A DNA stretch of 64,000 nucleotides. Source: Psilocybe cubensis. Its lineage: Eukaryota. The translations under genes and the position numbers were made by a program. The DNA is taken from assembly GCA_017499595.2 (NCBI GenBank), contig CM039005.1, positions 2,728,001-2,792,000 on the forward strand, read 5' to 3'. A model generated the notes under the pieces. That model was not told the DNA's origin. It did no database searches and saw nothing but the letters and a program-made list of their open reading frames with translations. Position 1 is the first letter of the stretch; each line of letters begins with the position of its first letter. Below are positions 13,001-26,195 of this stretch, piece after piece.

Positions 13001-13081
13001 CCTCATGGCCTAAGGAATAAACCATCAATATCAAATATCGAAATGGTCTGAACGTTGATCATGCATACGCACCCGTTTCAT
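10076..13081 (-). CDS. Divergent Spt5/NusG-like protein (acidic N-term, NGN domain, several KOW motifs), ~900 aa, about 6 exons, apparently intact
   Basis: MKR|AMRSVRQFLDMEAQVADD (Spt5-type N-term), LWRVGCR|IGSEDAAV..IRSAFTRGSIRGSIYVE (NGN), GSWVLIQKGIYKGDVGLV and IGQFVRVVSGPYLDYTGWVVGV (KOW), AWDPSSRTP (resembles a CTR repeat), LVVIKGEHCGKFVRRI. Canonical splice sites between ORFs 12574-12870, 11212-12432, 10871-11158 and 10076-10837. Confidence 0.85.
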
Positions 13082-13364
13082 CCTTTGGGGTATGTCGTTC
13101 GATGAAATGATCAATTTAATTAGATGAATAAATTAGCTCGAACTTAGGAATCTATATGATGTTGGGGTGTGTTCAGTATCTCTTCATTTCTAAGCACTGG
13201 CAGGACAATTGCGATCTCATTTTTTCTTTCATTGTCCAACAATGTCTATTTCTACCACTTCTACCACTGAGCTACTGCGTAATAGTATATATTCTGGTTC
13301 TTGTTCAACATCTTAAATCCATGCCATATCTTACCTGAAAGTTAGTCTGAGCAGAGACAAGTGG

Positions 13365-13495
13365 TGGAGAGAAGAAGAAGAGGAAAAGCGTGACAGTGAG
13401 TCAGGTCTGAATAAAAGGCGCAGAAGTTTGATGCCGCACAAGCCGTGTACGTGATCACAGGGTTTATCTCCCAGGTCTCAGCATCTGCGGAATTA
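13365..13495. promoter_or_regulatory. Diverged half-degenerate copy of the palindromic promoter upstream of the intact Spt5-like gene
   Basis: gcagaagtttgatgccgcacaagccg at 13420-13445, with a minus-strand tcacgcttttcctcttc..ccaccac..ctcagac tract at the same spacing as in the other copies. Confidence 0.55.
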
Positions 13496-14111
13496 CTTAA
13501 TCTACCTTACAGTGGCCACAGACAGCAACAGGAGAACGGTCCGAAGTCAAGGATTGTTAGGATATCCACAACCAGAATGTTTGAAAATGTGAGAGAATGG
13601 AGATTAGACACATCCCACCTAATTGATCATAATATAGCGTCGGTCGAAATAATAAACGCAGCATCACGAGCTAGGTAAGGGGGCGCCGCACAATACTTAT
13701 ATGTATACTTCGAGATAAAAGATACCTGGAAGACCTTACGAGAGAGACTCATAACCTAGAGCTTGAGATGGCAGCACTAACATCCTCGCAAACCTTTCAG
13801 CATCCAGAATATCAAATTTAGACTTATTATTGTAAAAACCCTGTCTGTTATGTGAAATCAAAGTGACTGTGTACTGCAAAGATAATCAAGTGACTATTAA
13901 ATTCCCATATAGACTCTAGTTAAAAGAAGAAGTGAAAAGAGAAGAGTACAAGATAACATGGAGACAGTACAAACGAATAAAAGAGCAATGGTACACTGGA
14001 TTGACTTGTAAGCATCTGGTACATTCCTCACTACAAAGGAACATTAATTAGATTTGGTTAGCAATCTGTTAATAAATACGAACTGGTTGGAGATTTGCCC
14101 TGACAATCTAC

Positions 14112-14564
14112 TCAAGCTGAAGCGAACGTGAAGCTTCGGGAGAAAGGCCGTTTGGGTTGACATCTGTAACGAGATATATATTTCGGCCAGATCGGTGAAG
14201 AAAGCGATACCGATATGGGTTTCGGAATCCATGAACTCTCTAAAAAGACGCTGTGGTCAAAGAGCCTGAAACTGTAATCAACGTACATACATACCTCCAT
14301 GATCTCGATGTCCCTCTGCGACCAGATATGGTCCAGTGCTTCCAAGATGTTTGTAGCCGACGGCGTGAAAGAGTTATCGAGGAGTGCGCGGACGGTAGCG
14401 ACAGATACTGGCATTATAGCTATGTAAAGCCGTTCGCCTTGCTGCCCAGAACGAAGGAATGGAGCGGGTGTCGAAGTGAGATTGCTTAGATTAAGTGGAT
14501 GTGGTGCATGACGGAACCATCTATATGGCTCTTGGTGGGTCATTTGTAGAAGCCTTAAAGACAT
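14112..14564 (-). CDS. Small hypothetical protein (probably 2 exons)
   Basis: 150-aa ORF with an internal GTATGT..CAG intron-like segment. Positioned as the leftward gene of the 15.2 kb promoter. No recognisable domain. Confidence 0.3.
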   Translation of the reverse strand: MSLRLLQMTHQEPYRWFRHAPHPLNLSNLTSTPAPFLRSGQQGERLYIAIMPVSVATVRALLDNSFTPSATNILEALDHIWSQRDIEIMEVCMYVDYSFRLFDHSVFLESSWIPKPISVSLSSPIWPKYISRYRCQPKRPFSRSFTFASA

Positions 14565-15102
14565 GAGGAGGGAAAGTACGACTATAACAACGTTCCATGA
14601 GATCGACCGTGATAGATAGTACGATGAATGGCATGATGGTAGAGGTGACGGGCGACAGTAAAAAAGGCTGGCTTCGCGTTAGCCTCTTTTAAGCCTCTTG
14701 GAGGCTTTCAACATGAAGGACAAAGGACGAGATGGCACGTTTCATTCGAAACAAAGAGATGTAATTCGGGCCATTTAAGCGGGGCTAGATTTCCATGCAA
14801 CTGTGCGTGACTCGCTCCAAAGTGAGTCTGACGCGACTGCTACGCGACCTGCGATTAAAGGGAGCTCGTGCTTGGTGTCAAAATTTCTCCCCTGGCATTG
14901 AAATGACAGTATTGACTATTATATCAGACAAGGGTGACGTGAATAAAATTCTCCAATAAAACACTCCAAATCTGCGCTTAAAGATGTTGATACCACGGGA
15001 GGCGTTTTGCTTGACTTTCCCATACCGAAGTGCTTTTGCAACAAGCCAGATGTCGTACAGAAGTGGTCCGCGGAACATACAATGTTCAGAATGGAATAAG
15101 TG

Positions 15103-16106
15103 CCAAGAGTCAACTATAGTGGAGGGACGGTGGTTGAGCAAGAAAGCGTTCCATCAAGTCTGGCACCGCAATAAGTACCATCGGAAATTTCAAGCCGCTC
15201 AAGCCGATGATATGTGACCGGCAGAGCGGCATGAAATTTTGAGGAGATATCACAACGCTGTTAGCAATTTCTCACGCTTTTCTCTCTCTCTTCTGTCCAC
15301 CACAGTAGTGTTACTCAGATATTCCGCCCGCGCGCTCGCTCCGCCTCCAGCAAATCCCACCCACCGTTGTATACCAAATAATAGAACCCGTAAGTGCTAT
15401 AAATTATCTTTGTAGGCTAATATTAACACTTGTTCAAAATCCAGACAAGGTATCATCGATACATCCGCGACACGGTGCGATTTCGTTCCAGCCATTGCAA
15501 CCAGGTCAAGTACTCTGAGTCTGGCTGCACTCGCATAACCGTTTGAGGTGCGACAACACCTGGATTGACGAGTCTGCCTGCCTGCTTCGTTATTATCCCG
15601 GATGCCCGCGCCCAAGGGGCAGAGGAGTTCTTCGAAACAGCTCGGGTTATCAGGTACGCGTTTCTCGAAATATCTTTCATGTTTGCTTCGCTGAAATGTA
15701 TCCAACCAGTTGGTACCCGTTCATAAGTGCTCTCGCGGAGGCTATGGGCTGTCTCGTTGCGCCTTTCTGACTCGGAACGAACGCGCTCAGTATAAGCAGT
15801 CTATTTCATTCTCTGTAACTGACGACATAATTTACACAGATCTTCTGTGTCTGACCAAAGCATTCTTACAGATAGTCGTTTTGATAGATGACATGCCTTT
15901 TCTCCAAGGCAAGTTTCACCTCACTTCACTCCGAGCTTCACCTGACCGTCGTCAAATTCTTTCCAGGTGTCTCTCCATTCTCTCAGTCTCAGACCACTAG
16001 CCGCTTTCCACCGATTTCTGGTTCTTGACATCTAGTGCGCCATGACACCTCACTCGGGCGATACATCAAGAATCCAAGCATCTGCGTACGAAAAGCAGAG
16101 AATGTC
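15103..16106 (+). repeat. Variant B promoter plus spliced leader (1004 bp); left arm of a near-perfect long inverted repeat with 23089-24092
   Basis: Reverse complement of 23089-24092 with a few SNPs. Palindrome at 15185-15239. Confidence 0.95.
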
Positions 16107-16633
16107 CTAATATTTTGTAACAAGCTTTCATGGCCAACATATCCGCTCTGGTGACTCGCACATCCCTTGTCTGTCACAACAGATGGTAAGACAACCTGCC
16201 CAAGTTCACATTTCCCTTTGAAGAGACTTAAAACTCCTCGCTTGGGTCAAATAATTCAGTAGACACGACAGCATGCTTAGCTTGATCTTGTTCTTCCTAC
16301 TATCTAAAGTTGACCAGGTTCTCCGGAATGTGAAGGTGTGCGAATCTCTTTCGGCTTAAATACTAGTAACAATATTAGCTAAATCTTTGGAATCCCAAAC
16401 ACATCATTTTCATTCCCATAAACATTGTTGATGCATATGAGTGAAGCATAGCATATATGACAAACTGACTCGCTTAATTGCCTAACTGACTTCTCATTGA
16501 TGCAGGCAGGCAGCCTTGGACCTCTACCCGAAGGATCGGAAAAGTTCCTATCTCAATTATTACCCGAACACCGAGATCCCGGCTGTAAGCATCTCCCTTT
16601 GTTTTCCAGTCTATATTAACTCTTTATCGCCAG

Positions 16634-19600
16634 ATGCCTGAACACTTGGAGGTTATCGAAGAGGTGGCAGATGAAGATATGCTCGAGGAGAATGAGCTAC
16701 CAGAAGAATTATATTATGCCCCAATATCTAGGAGAGAATCTTTTTCTGGGGACGAGCAGTGGGTCCCAGGGGTTAGAGAGCCTTATCAGCCGGATCCGTT
16801 ATTGTATGACACAGAGTCTGAACGTTCAAGCCATACTCCTCCTCGGGCACAGTCAAATGAGTTCGACTCATTTGAGACACCTCGACCAAGGCGAATTCTA
16901 GCGCCTGGCCAGGAACCAAGTCAACCAACACCGTTTTCGCCTACTAGGAAAAAACGTACACGGGGTACATCACCTGAAGGTGACTCGGGCGATGAATCGG
17001 AAGCCTCTTCAATGGAGGTGTCCCCAACTGATAGTAGCGGTGATCAACTTTCAACGTTGCCAACAGTTCAAAGCCTTGTCGCAGCCGCGGCCGGTCCCTC
17101 ATCTGATGGTCCAACACCACACCAGGATCAGCTGATTGACTTTGGGGTTCCTCACAACAAAAGACGTCGCAGGCATTTAAAGGTGCCTCAAGAGGCGAAA
17201 ATTGTCATTTCTAATGAGAAGTTAAGGAAGCAGGTTCGCACTTTGCAGCATTTAGTGCACACTACAGAAGCAGTAAGTGATAGATCTCTCCCATGAATTC
17301 TGCAGCCAATTTTTGCTACAGGGAGAAGTATTGAAAGTAAGACAAGAGAAGGCCGTTCTGCAATCGGGTCTTCAGAAAGCCACCACTCTAATATCTTCAC
17401 AAGCGGTAGGTGTAAAGCTTACACCGGCCTTTCCTGATTGATCATATTTCTAGGACCGCACTGCTGATGTCTCTTCGGAACGAGACGATTTTGAAGTGAA
17501 GTACAACACTGCAGAAGTAGGTCTGATTTCGTTGTTTGTCATAAACATATTCACATTACATACGCCACAATAGAGTGAACTAGAGGATGCCAGGTTAGAG
17601 CTAGCAGCGGCCCAGGTAAGTGGAACGTCTTCTTTGCTATCAGTCATTCTCATGCCGCTTTCCTAGAACGACATAAACACTCTTTCTGCCGATGTCGAAT
17701 TGAAAGACAAAGTTATATCTGATCTCAATGTCTCTTTGAAGTCAAAGACCGAAGAAATTTCCAAATTAAACGAAATGGTGCAAGCAAGGGACAAAGATCT
17801 CTTTGATAAGGATGTTGAGCTCCGCAAACTCAAGTCCGATATGATCTCAGTTGAAGCCAAGAAGACATCAGACGTACGTCTTAACTCTATTTCTTTTCCA
17901 TCTCGTTAATTGAATGCGCAGTTTGACATTCGGAATCTCAAGGAGGAATTACAAGAAGCAAATCGTCAAATACAACTGCTGATCAAGACAAAGGAAACAC
18001 AGATCGCTTATAAAAACGAGGTTGACGAGCTACGCAAAACTCTGGAGGTCGATCGAGAACTCTTCGCCGAAGATTTACTGATGCACACCAAGGAGTTAGA
18101 ACTAGTTGAAGTGGCTAAAAATCGAGCACTGTCGGAGACCGAAGAGGCGAAAAAGGCAATTGCAGATTCTGAAGCTCGAATTTCAAAAGCTAAAATCATG
18201 GAGGAAAATGCTACCGAAGCTACGACCAGAGCAAATGAATCGTTGAAAGCCGCATCCCAAGATTTACAGGAAGCCAGGAAATTGTGTAGTGCTGCAGAAG
18301 AAGCGAAGATTGCTACCGAAACTTTGAAGGCACAGATCCTTTCTGAAAAATCGTCTGTGGAGGCTTTGAAACGTTCAGCCGAGGAGTTGCAGAAGAAAGC
18401 ATCTGAAGAGATGAAAAAGGCAAACCAATTGAGGGTACATTACACAAGTGTAAGTAGGATGTATTGTATCAGGAAGCCTTTCTTACCTCAATCTTAGTGT
18501 ATGGCGTCTCTGGATAACTTGATTGCAAAAGAAAGAAATAACCATGACAACTGTTCTGGATTTCAGAGAGCTACCCAGGAAGCCTCGGCGCAGATTGCAG
18601 AACTGAAAGCAAAGCTAAATGATGCAGAAATCAAACTCAAATCAATGACGGCCTCCGTCAATGCAAATAATGGGCCAATGGTTGTAGTAAGGCAAAATTT
18701 CTCTTTGCTGATTGGTTACCGTAATCTAATGGCACTTGATTTAGGACTCCATTAACACCAGTAAGGGTAAAGAAAAGGCACCCACCGACGCTCCAATGGT
18801 TGTAGTAAGGCAAAATTTCTCTTTGCTGATTGGTTACCGTGATCTAATGGCACTTGATTTAGGACTCCATTAACACCAGTAAGGGTAAAGAAAAGGCACC
18901 CACCGACGCTCCAATGGTTGTAGTAAGGCAAAATTTCTCTTTGCTGATTGGTTACCGTGATCTAATGGCACTTGATTTAGGACTCCATTAACACCAGTAA
19001 GGGTAAAGAAAAGGCACCCACCGACGCTCCAATGGTTGTAGTAAGGCAAATTTTTCCTTCTAGATTGTTACCACAATCTGATACACTTCGCAAGGATCGT
19101 GAGACGGATATCCCAAGCAGAGCTGATGTAAGTCATTTTCGTGCTAGTTTGAATGGTTTTGGACAATGAAACCCAAAAAATGCCGCAGGTGCAGACGCAA
19201 ATTCGCCAAAACTTTCTCTCAAAGTACAAGTCTATCAAACCTTTAGTGAGGTTAGGCCATAGCAGCGCCAGCTCTGGTCCGAGCGTTACACGGCCAGTCA
19301 ATGAGGACGAAGATGATCCTAAGGAAGGGGGGAACAGACAGGGTCTCCAAAATATTTCGAAGAATAAAGCTAGCCAGTCGACCATTCCGGCCAATTTCCC
19401 TGTTCGTAGTGGGAAGGGATTACATATTTACGATATTGAGGACGAGGAGATGTCAGACACACAGCGCGCAAAAGGTGACGATGATGACGCTAATGGAGAT
19501 GACGAGAACAATCAAGAGGGCGAAGAGGATGAAGAGGACGAAGAGGACGAAGACGACGAAGAGGACGAAGAGGAAAGGGCTGTAACCAGTATCCTCACCA

Positions 19601-20735
19601 GAACAGGTTCTGCTTCCGCACCGAAAGGCCGGTACTCAAGCAATGTGTCGTTTATGAGGGAAGCCAAGAAAGGAACAAGGGGAGGAAAAGGTGCATTAGA
19701 GAAGGATGATAAGGAAGTGCGAAAACAATACCTTGTGAGTTTTCTTTTGCATATGTCAACGGGTGCTGACTGGGAGGTAGGCTCTTGTTCGAAGCGTTGT
19801 GAAGCGTAAGTTTGGTATAGAACGAGACGCGGATTTTGTCAATCACATACCACCAAGTCCCGGCGACATTATTCGATTCGAAACCACGAAGAGCCCAGAA
19901 GATGGCCCACAAATAGCAGACCTTCGTATTGATATGAAAGGCGAAATATCCAGCAAATGGAACGAAGAACTCGTATCTATACTGGTTACATTTGCAACCA
20001 ACAGAAAGGTCTCACAATTCCCAGATCTCCCTCATCGGCCTCAAGACTACCTAGCTCAAATGTTCTTACAAAAGCTGGAGCGCGCAAGAACCTTTTGGAG
20101 AAATCACCAGCCCAAGGCTACCGAACTGGGAACAATAGAAACCGACGCCGAAAGGAAAGCAAGAGTGGAGGCAAAAAGGAAAAAAGATGAGAAAAGGAAT
20201 CGAAGGAATAGTAGACGTGCAAGTGTGAGTATTTCATGGTCTATGTAGTTCAACAACTAATATAAGAATACAGAAATATACCGATCGTTTGTTCACAGTA
20301 CAGAGGATGATCGAAGAAAGCGAGAAAAGGGGCGACACTGCGATGTTTAACTTATGGAGCCGTTTGCTATCACTTCTCGAGGCCCTAGAGGAAGATGGAA
20401 TGAGCTCGGAGGACTCTGAAGCCAACGATGGGGATACCGTATATCATGTCCGGCAGATGTCGTATCGTCGCAACGTCGACAGGCACATGGAACTCATCGA
20501 CACTGAAACAAAGCGTTATAGACGCAATGTCTCCACTCAAGGCTCGAACAAATCTCGAAGAATCAGAGGAGAAGATTTACCGTCGCTTCGCAAACCCTTC
20601 ATAGGGAAACCAAGATCACTTTATGGCCCAGCCTGGATAAAGCAGCAGACACAGACGACCATTAACAGGTTGAAAATCCCTGAAAAACACCCATTCAAAT
20701 TTTTCGAGATCAAGGTGCCGGACCCGAGTGCATGA
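16634..20735 (+). CDS. Multi-exon acidic/coiled-coil protein with GMSSEDSE domain, copy 2
   Basis: ORF segments 16634-17296, 17700-17909, 17910-18497, 18501-18755, 19153-19809, 19799-20248 and 20289-20735 are linked by short GT-AG introns. Long heptad-rich middle region and a poly-E/D tract. Confidence 0.8.
18675..19050 (+). repeat. 118-bp tandem repeat x3.2 (58-nt intron plus 60-nt exon DSINTSKGKEKAPTDAPMVV)
   Basis: Units start at 18675, 18793, 18911 and 19029. Each has a GTAAGG..CTAAT..TTTAG intron and an in-frame phase-0 exon. Confidence 0.92.
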
Positions 20736-21139
20736 GTGGTGATTCTTGTTAGCTCAAACCGTGCAGCTACTAGTAGCCAATGAAAATGATACTGCCTAAT
20801 ACTATATACCCTACTATAGCGAGTCGCATGTGTCTTGAAAGAGTCATGCCGCTTGAGGAACACATATTTCCTATTCAGTTTCCTGCCATGATCAAGATTT
20901 TGCCATGCAACATCTTCTTTCAGAGTTACTGCTGCCGTTGTGTCTCTGAAAAAAGTAAACCCACATACATGATGCAACTATATACTCGTCTGATCCTATT
21001 CACGAGGGGGCCTGTGCTCCCTCTTTCCACAGCTTTCGCCGCAGTGGGAGGAGGTTAGAGGTTTGTTTTAGGAAATGCATTTTCAAGGTTGGTTATAAAA
21101 GTTACAATTAGAGACTTATTTTCCGCCCTTGCCTCTCAA

Positions 21140-21650
21140 TCGTGCACAGCAAAATGAAAACACAGTCCAAAACCTTCTCTGATACCTCGCCTCAGGCAGT
21201 ATCCCCGAGCTACTGTCCAGTCACAGAAACGAAATGCTATTGGCAACGTCATCATTTTCATCATGCAGCATCCTAGCGCGATTAACCTGTAGTTGCCTGG
21301 TTTGACCGCGCTATTTCTCTGTTTGAGGATCCCAACCTGTTTCGTCTTTAGCCATATCTCTGGCACCTCCTGTCCCCTAACAAAAAGTTAAATAGCTCGG
21401 CTAATTCTTGCGATGGGATGTGTGGTATATTTGGGAGTATCCGACAATATCGAAGCACTGTATATCGGTGGGCTCGTCTGAACGATCCGGCAATGTGTCA
21501 TTTCAAGCCTTGTTGTACTCAAATTGAGGGGCATGAACTGAGGGTGAGATCTCCTTTGGGGGTTCATTCGTATTTTAAACACCTTCACCTCTGTTAACTC
21601 TTCCATTGACACGGCAACACCTCTTCTTACCATCTATCTTTTCTCTTAGG
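21140..21650 (-). mobile_element. Degenerate non-LTR (LINE) reverse transcriptase fragment, N-terminal RT subdomains
   Basis: PEIWLKTKQVGILKQRNSAVKPGNYRLIALGCCMMKMMT matches the LINE W....I.K......NYR.I.L....K motif. Confidence 0.75.
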
Positions 21651-23088
21651 AACTTCCAGTATTTTGCAGGGTCCTGTGAGAGACTGAGCGCGGTCTGTAG
21701 ATTCTGCCACATCTGTTTTTTTTTTCGGACCGGACGTTGTCTGTGCGACTCTCTAGCTGCTTAGGAGTCTTTGCTTGTCGAGCCTTTGTCAATCATGCAC
21801 GGCTTAGTTTTGCAACGGCTTTCGAAGCTTGACAGTCTCGTTTTCCATATCGCGTAAATGGCTTCATTCAACCCAATCAAATTTTGCCTGTTTCCAGCGC
21901 ATCATGACTCGTGTTAATATCTCAGTGCTCAACTATACATCCGGGAGATGTCACAATGATTCATGATGTTGCTTCGCCGTAGAACACTACCAAACAATAT
22001 GGTTGTCATGACCAACGTCTATCTACTCGTTGCACGATTTCAACACGGGCCGATCGGAAAGCGTCGAGCGGTTAAAGAAACAGTGACAAATGAGGATGTG
22101 GAACAAGTTCAAACCCTGCAACGAAACTTCAAATTTGCGGGCTCAAATCATGTTTTCTAAGCAGTGTAAGGGCATGTTGAAGATTATCTACGCCGACTGT
22201 CACGGGAGAAGACGACATCGAATTTGTATCAGGTTTGCGCTATACAACGGAACTACAGGCTATTGTGCATTAAATACCTTGTCGTACTCACGCGGCGTCC
22301 CAATACCTGAATAAGTCGTTGGCACAATTGTTCAGAAAAGCCCGCAGGCACGAAGAGAGCGAACATGACAGGAAACCTATCAATACTGAACACCTTCAAC
22401 GTGCATGGCTAGTTCGCAAACCAACTTTCGGTGCTCATAGTTTTGCTTTGGTGGCTCTTGTTGCCATTTTGATCAGATTCAGGACATAAAATTACTGCAA
22501 AAAACGGGCATTGGCCCAGTTTTGAACATGCAGGATGAGTCATATGACGAAGGTGTTTAATTACATTGGATCCAAGCTCGCTGCTAGCTGTCATGTAATT
22601 TGTGAAAATGCATTAATTAAGCTGATATTTCGTAAGACCAACATCCATCAGCATATGTATAGGGATTTGTTTGAACACCATGAATTGCGCAATGTCACAG
22701 AACCACCTCCGATGTGTGAAAATATGATGATAAGTACATTGAGCAAGAACTTAAAGGCTGATTCTTACCTGTGAATATTCGCGAATGAATCGGTCTTCAT
22801 TTAGCTATTGTTTTCGCTGTTGGGAGATCTGGCTACATCTAGGACACCCTTAGAGACCATCGATCATATGAATGAAAAGAGATGCACACCTTTACATACG
22901 CTAGAATTAGCAGATCTAGGTACAAGGTACCGGTTGTTTGAAAGGATTCTCCAAGGATGATATTTGTATATCATTGAATATGTATCGACGTATGCGATTC
23001 TGGGAACAACGTAAGCGACACCGCACCTCTTGGACGGTGAACATGAGAGATGTGCCGGTGAAAGATGAATGAAATTGAACGACTTGTT

Positions 23089-24092
23089 GACATTCTCTGC
23101 TTTTCGTACGCAGATGCTTGGATTCTTGATGTATCGCCCGAGTGAGGTGTCATGGCGCACTAGATGTCAAGAACCAGAAATCGGTGGAAAGCGGCTAGTG
23201 GTCTGAGACTGAGAGAATGGAGAGACACCTGGAAAGAATTTGACGACGGTCAGGTGAAGCTCGGAGTGAAGTGAGGTGAAACTTGCCTTGGAGGAAAGGC
23301 ATGTCATCTATCAAAACGACTATCTGTAAGAATGCTTTGGTCAGACACAGAAGATCTGTGTAAATTATGTCGTCAGTTACAGAGAATGAAATAGACTGCT
23401 TATACTGAGCGCGTTCGTTCCGAGTCAGAAAGGCGCAACGAGACAGCCCATAGCCCCCGCGAGAGCACTTATGAACGGGTACCAACTGGTTGGATACATT
23501 TCAGCGAAGCAAACATGAAAGATATTTCGAGAAACGCGTACCTGATAACCCGAGCTGTTTCGAAGAACTTCTCTGCCCCTTGGGCGCGGGCATCCGGGAT
23601 AATAACGAAGCAGGCAGGCAGACTCGTCAATCCAGGTGTTGTCGCACCTCAAACGGTTATGCGAGTGCAGCCAGACTCAGAGTACTTGACCTGGTTGCAA
23701 TGGCTGGAACAAAATCGCACCGTGTCGCGGATGTATCGATGATACCTTGTCTGGATTTTGAACAAGTGTTAATATTAGCCTACAAAGATAATTTATAGCA
23801 CTTACGGGTTCTATTATTTGGTATACAACGGTGGGTGGGATTTGCTGGAGGCGGAGCGAGCGCGCGGGCGGAATATCTGAGTAACACTACTGTGGTGGAC
23901 AGAAGAGAGAGAGAAAAGCGTGAGAAATTGCTAACAGCGTTGTGATATCTCCTCAAAATTTCATGCCGCTCTGCCGGTCACATATCATCGGCTTGAGCGG
24001 CTTGAAATTTCCGATGGTACTTATTGCGGTGCCAGACTTGATGGAACGCTTTCTTGCTCAACCACCGTCCCTCCACTATAGTTGACTCTTGG
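23089..24092 (-). repeat. Variant B promoter plus leader, inverted copy (right arm)
   Basis: Reverse complement of 15103-16106. Palindrome at 23956-24010. Confidence 0.95.
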
Positions 24093-25351
24093 TAAAGTTC
24101 AGGTAGTCTTTGAAGTAGAATGTAGATATATCTAATTTGATACTTTATTTATTTTTATCACGAACCGAACAGTAAATGGATGCTAGTGTTCTCAGAATGG
24201 CCTTCCTCGGCAACATCAATTGTTTGAAGACGAGGCCAAGCTGTTGGGAGGTTCCTTACCGTTCATGTTCTGGCTGTCTCTTGCATCCACGACACCCAAA
24301 ACACTATTTCCTCCAAATTTACACATCCGCTTTTTGGGTAGGCCACTGTCAGCAAGCTGCAGGACCATATTTAATGACACGAGCTGTTGGCCCGTCGGCG
24401 CGTAGCGACGGGTCATAAAGCTCGGATTTCTGGCACCGGTTATTTGAAATATTTTTGATCTCCGACTTTCAAATCATTTTTTTTTGGAATCACGGGTGAG
24501 TGTTTCTCACCTTTCTACGCTAAGGTACCTACTGTGTCCTAAGAATAGCGGGGTTTGCATATCCATATCTAAGGGATCAGCTGTAGGTGAAAGCTTGTAT
24601 TATCCGTGGATTGTATGTCGCGTTCATAATAGAAGAAAGAATTAGATGTAAGAATGTGGATGAAAGAATTATGAGAAGAAAAAAGGTGAAGGAATTACAG
24701 AAGGATGTAATGTATAAAATAGAATAGGGTTCATCGGGGAGTTGTTAGTAGGGTGTATTCTGTGGTCGTTACTCGTTCCGACAAATCACAGGTCGACTTC
24801 CAAATCATTGACCTTTGATAACTGAGGAAAACCATTATCGAAACCATGGTCGCAACAAGACAAACGGCGCACCTTCGAATTAAACTTTCCTTCTTCATTC
24901 TGATCGATTTGAAGGATTATATTGGGAAGCCGATCGACATGGTGAGATCAACAGCCTTTTCGTCATTTATTGGATATCAAATTTATAATAGTTAGTCCAT
25001 TGGATTGGTATATACAATGGGAAAGCTTGACCAATATATCGCGCTACTACGCCAGAGGCCTGAAATAAAAAAATACCCCTGATATCCTCGACATCTCCTT
25101 GCTAGACCTGACCAAGTATCGGTATCCGTACAGAGGGCAGTAGCAGTTGTGATCTCTGGCACGTACCGCGACTTCAACTACTTGAGAAATTCAGAGACGC
25201 AGCAGCATGTACCATCAACATTGTTTCTTCGCAAACTGGGACTATCATGATCATGTGTAGAAACAGTCATATGCAACAATTGTACAATGTATAGAAGATA
25301 ATCGCGCTGTCAATTGATACGCGTACGGGTACGCCAGTTGTTTGATAACTT

Positions 25352-26081
25352 TCAAGCCGTAAGAAGAGGCCCTGGTTTGATGACCCTGTGACGTTTGCGA
25401 CCCGCCAAATACGTGAAACGGGCGCGTACCAATTCCTCAATCGGCCAACAATTTTCATAATTGATCAAATGAGGATATTTCTGCGTGGTCTGGGGATTTC
25501 TTAGTCGCGACACTCCATGATATTAATTTATCAAGATACTGTACCAGGTGTTTGATATCATCCAGCCTGTCAGCGGGTTGCTCAGAGAAAGGCTTTGTTG
25601 CATCCAGAACGTTTGCAACGTGTTCGTTGACCAAGGTCTGCCCAGAATAACATCAGACTTCGTTCTAAAGTATGACGGAACATATAATATTGAATTCACA
25701 TACCTTTAGCGCATTAAAATCCTTTTTCTCCCACCCAAGCTCTTGTTCAACACTGAATCCACCGCGGCGAGGAGAACCCATCTCTCCCGCAGGCCGTGGA
25801 ACAAGGAGACTGGTCCTTGCAATCGCAGGGGTCAATTCCCGACGATATGGGGCTGGTCGTGGAGGCTTAGCAGCGGCGTCAGGTGGGGTCCGGCGCACAG
25901 GGGGAAGGATATCGATATCCTCGGGTGGTCGGTGGGGAACCTGGCTAAGTCCTATTTCGTGTTGTGACATTAAATGATTGCCATTGTCGGTGGGTAGCTC
26001 GGTCAAAGCAAGTAGTGTGCCCTTATCAGCGCGGAGGCTACCAAGGGCATAGAAGGGAGGAATAGATTTGAAGGTCTGCAT
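25352..26081 (-). CDS. Stand-alone PxPxGExGxPxRGG...YENCWP domain protein (3 exons); near-identical to the N-terminus of the protease gene
   Basis: 25381-26192 duplicates 35429-36240. Reads MQTFKSIPPFYA..VPRPAGEMGSPRRGGFSVEQELGW..|..|..YENCWPIEELVRARFTYLAGRKRHRVIKPGPLLTA*. Confidence 0.7.
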
Positions 26082-26195
26082 CGCATGAGCGTGTACTGGG
26101 ATGCGGGCAATCGTGTAGGTGAGACTCTTGCCGAAAAGCATGCTTATAAATTCTTCGGTAGTAAAAGCCAAAAATGATAACAAAGGGGCCTCGTG

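Noticed and set aside
18675-19050. CRISPR-like array
   Set aside because: Units are wholly identical with no unique spacers, the context is eukaryotic, and it is an exon-intron tandem repeat.
15103-24092. TIR transposon bounded by the 1-kb inverted repeats
   Set aside because: No TSD at the outer ends and no transposase inside. The arms are internal promoter/leader modules also found elsewhere.
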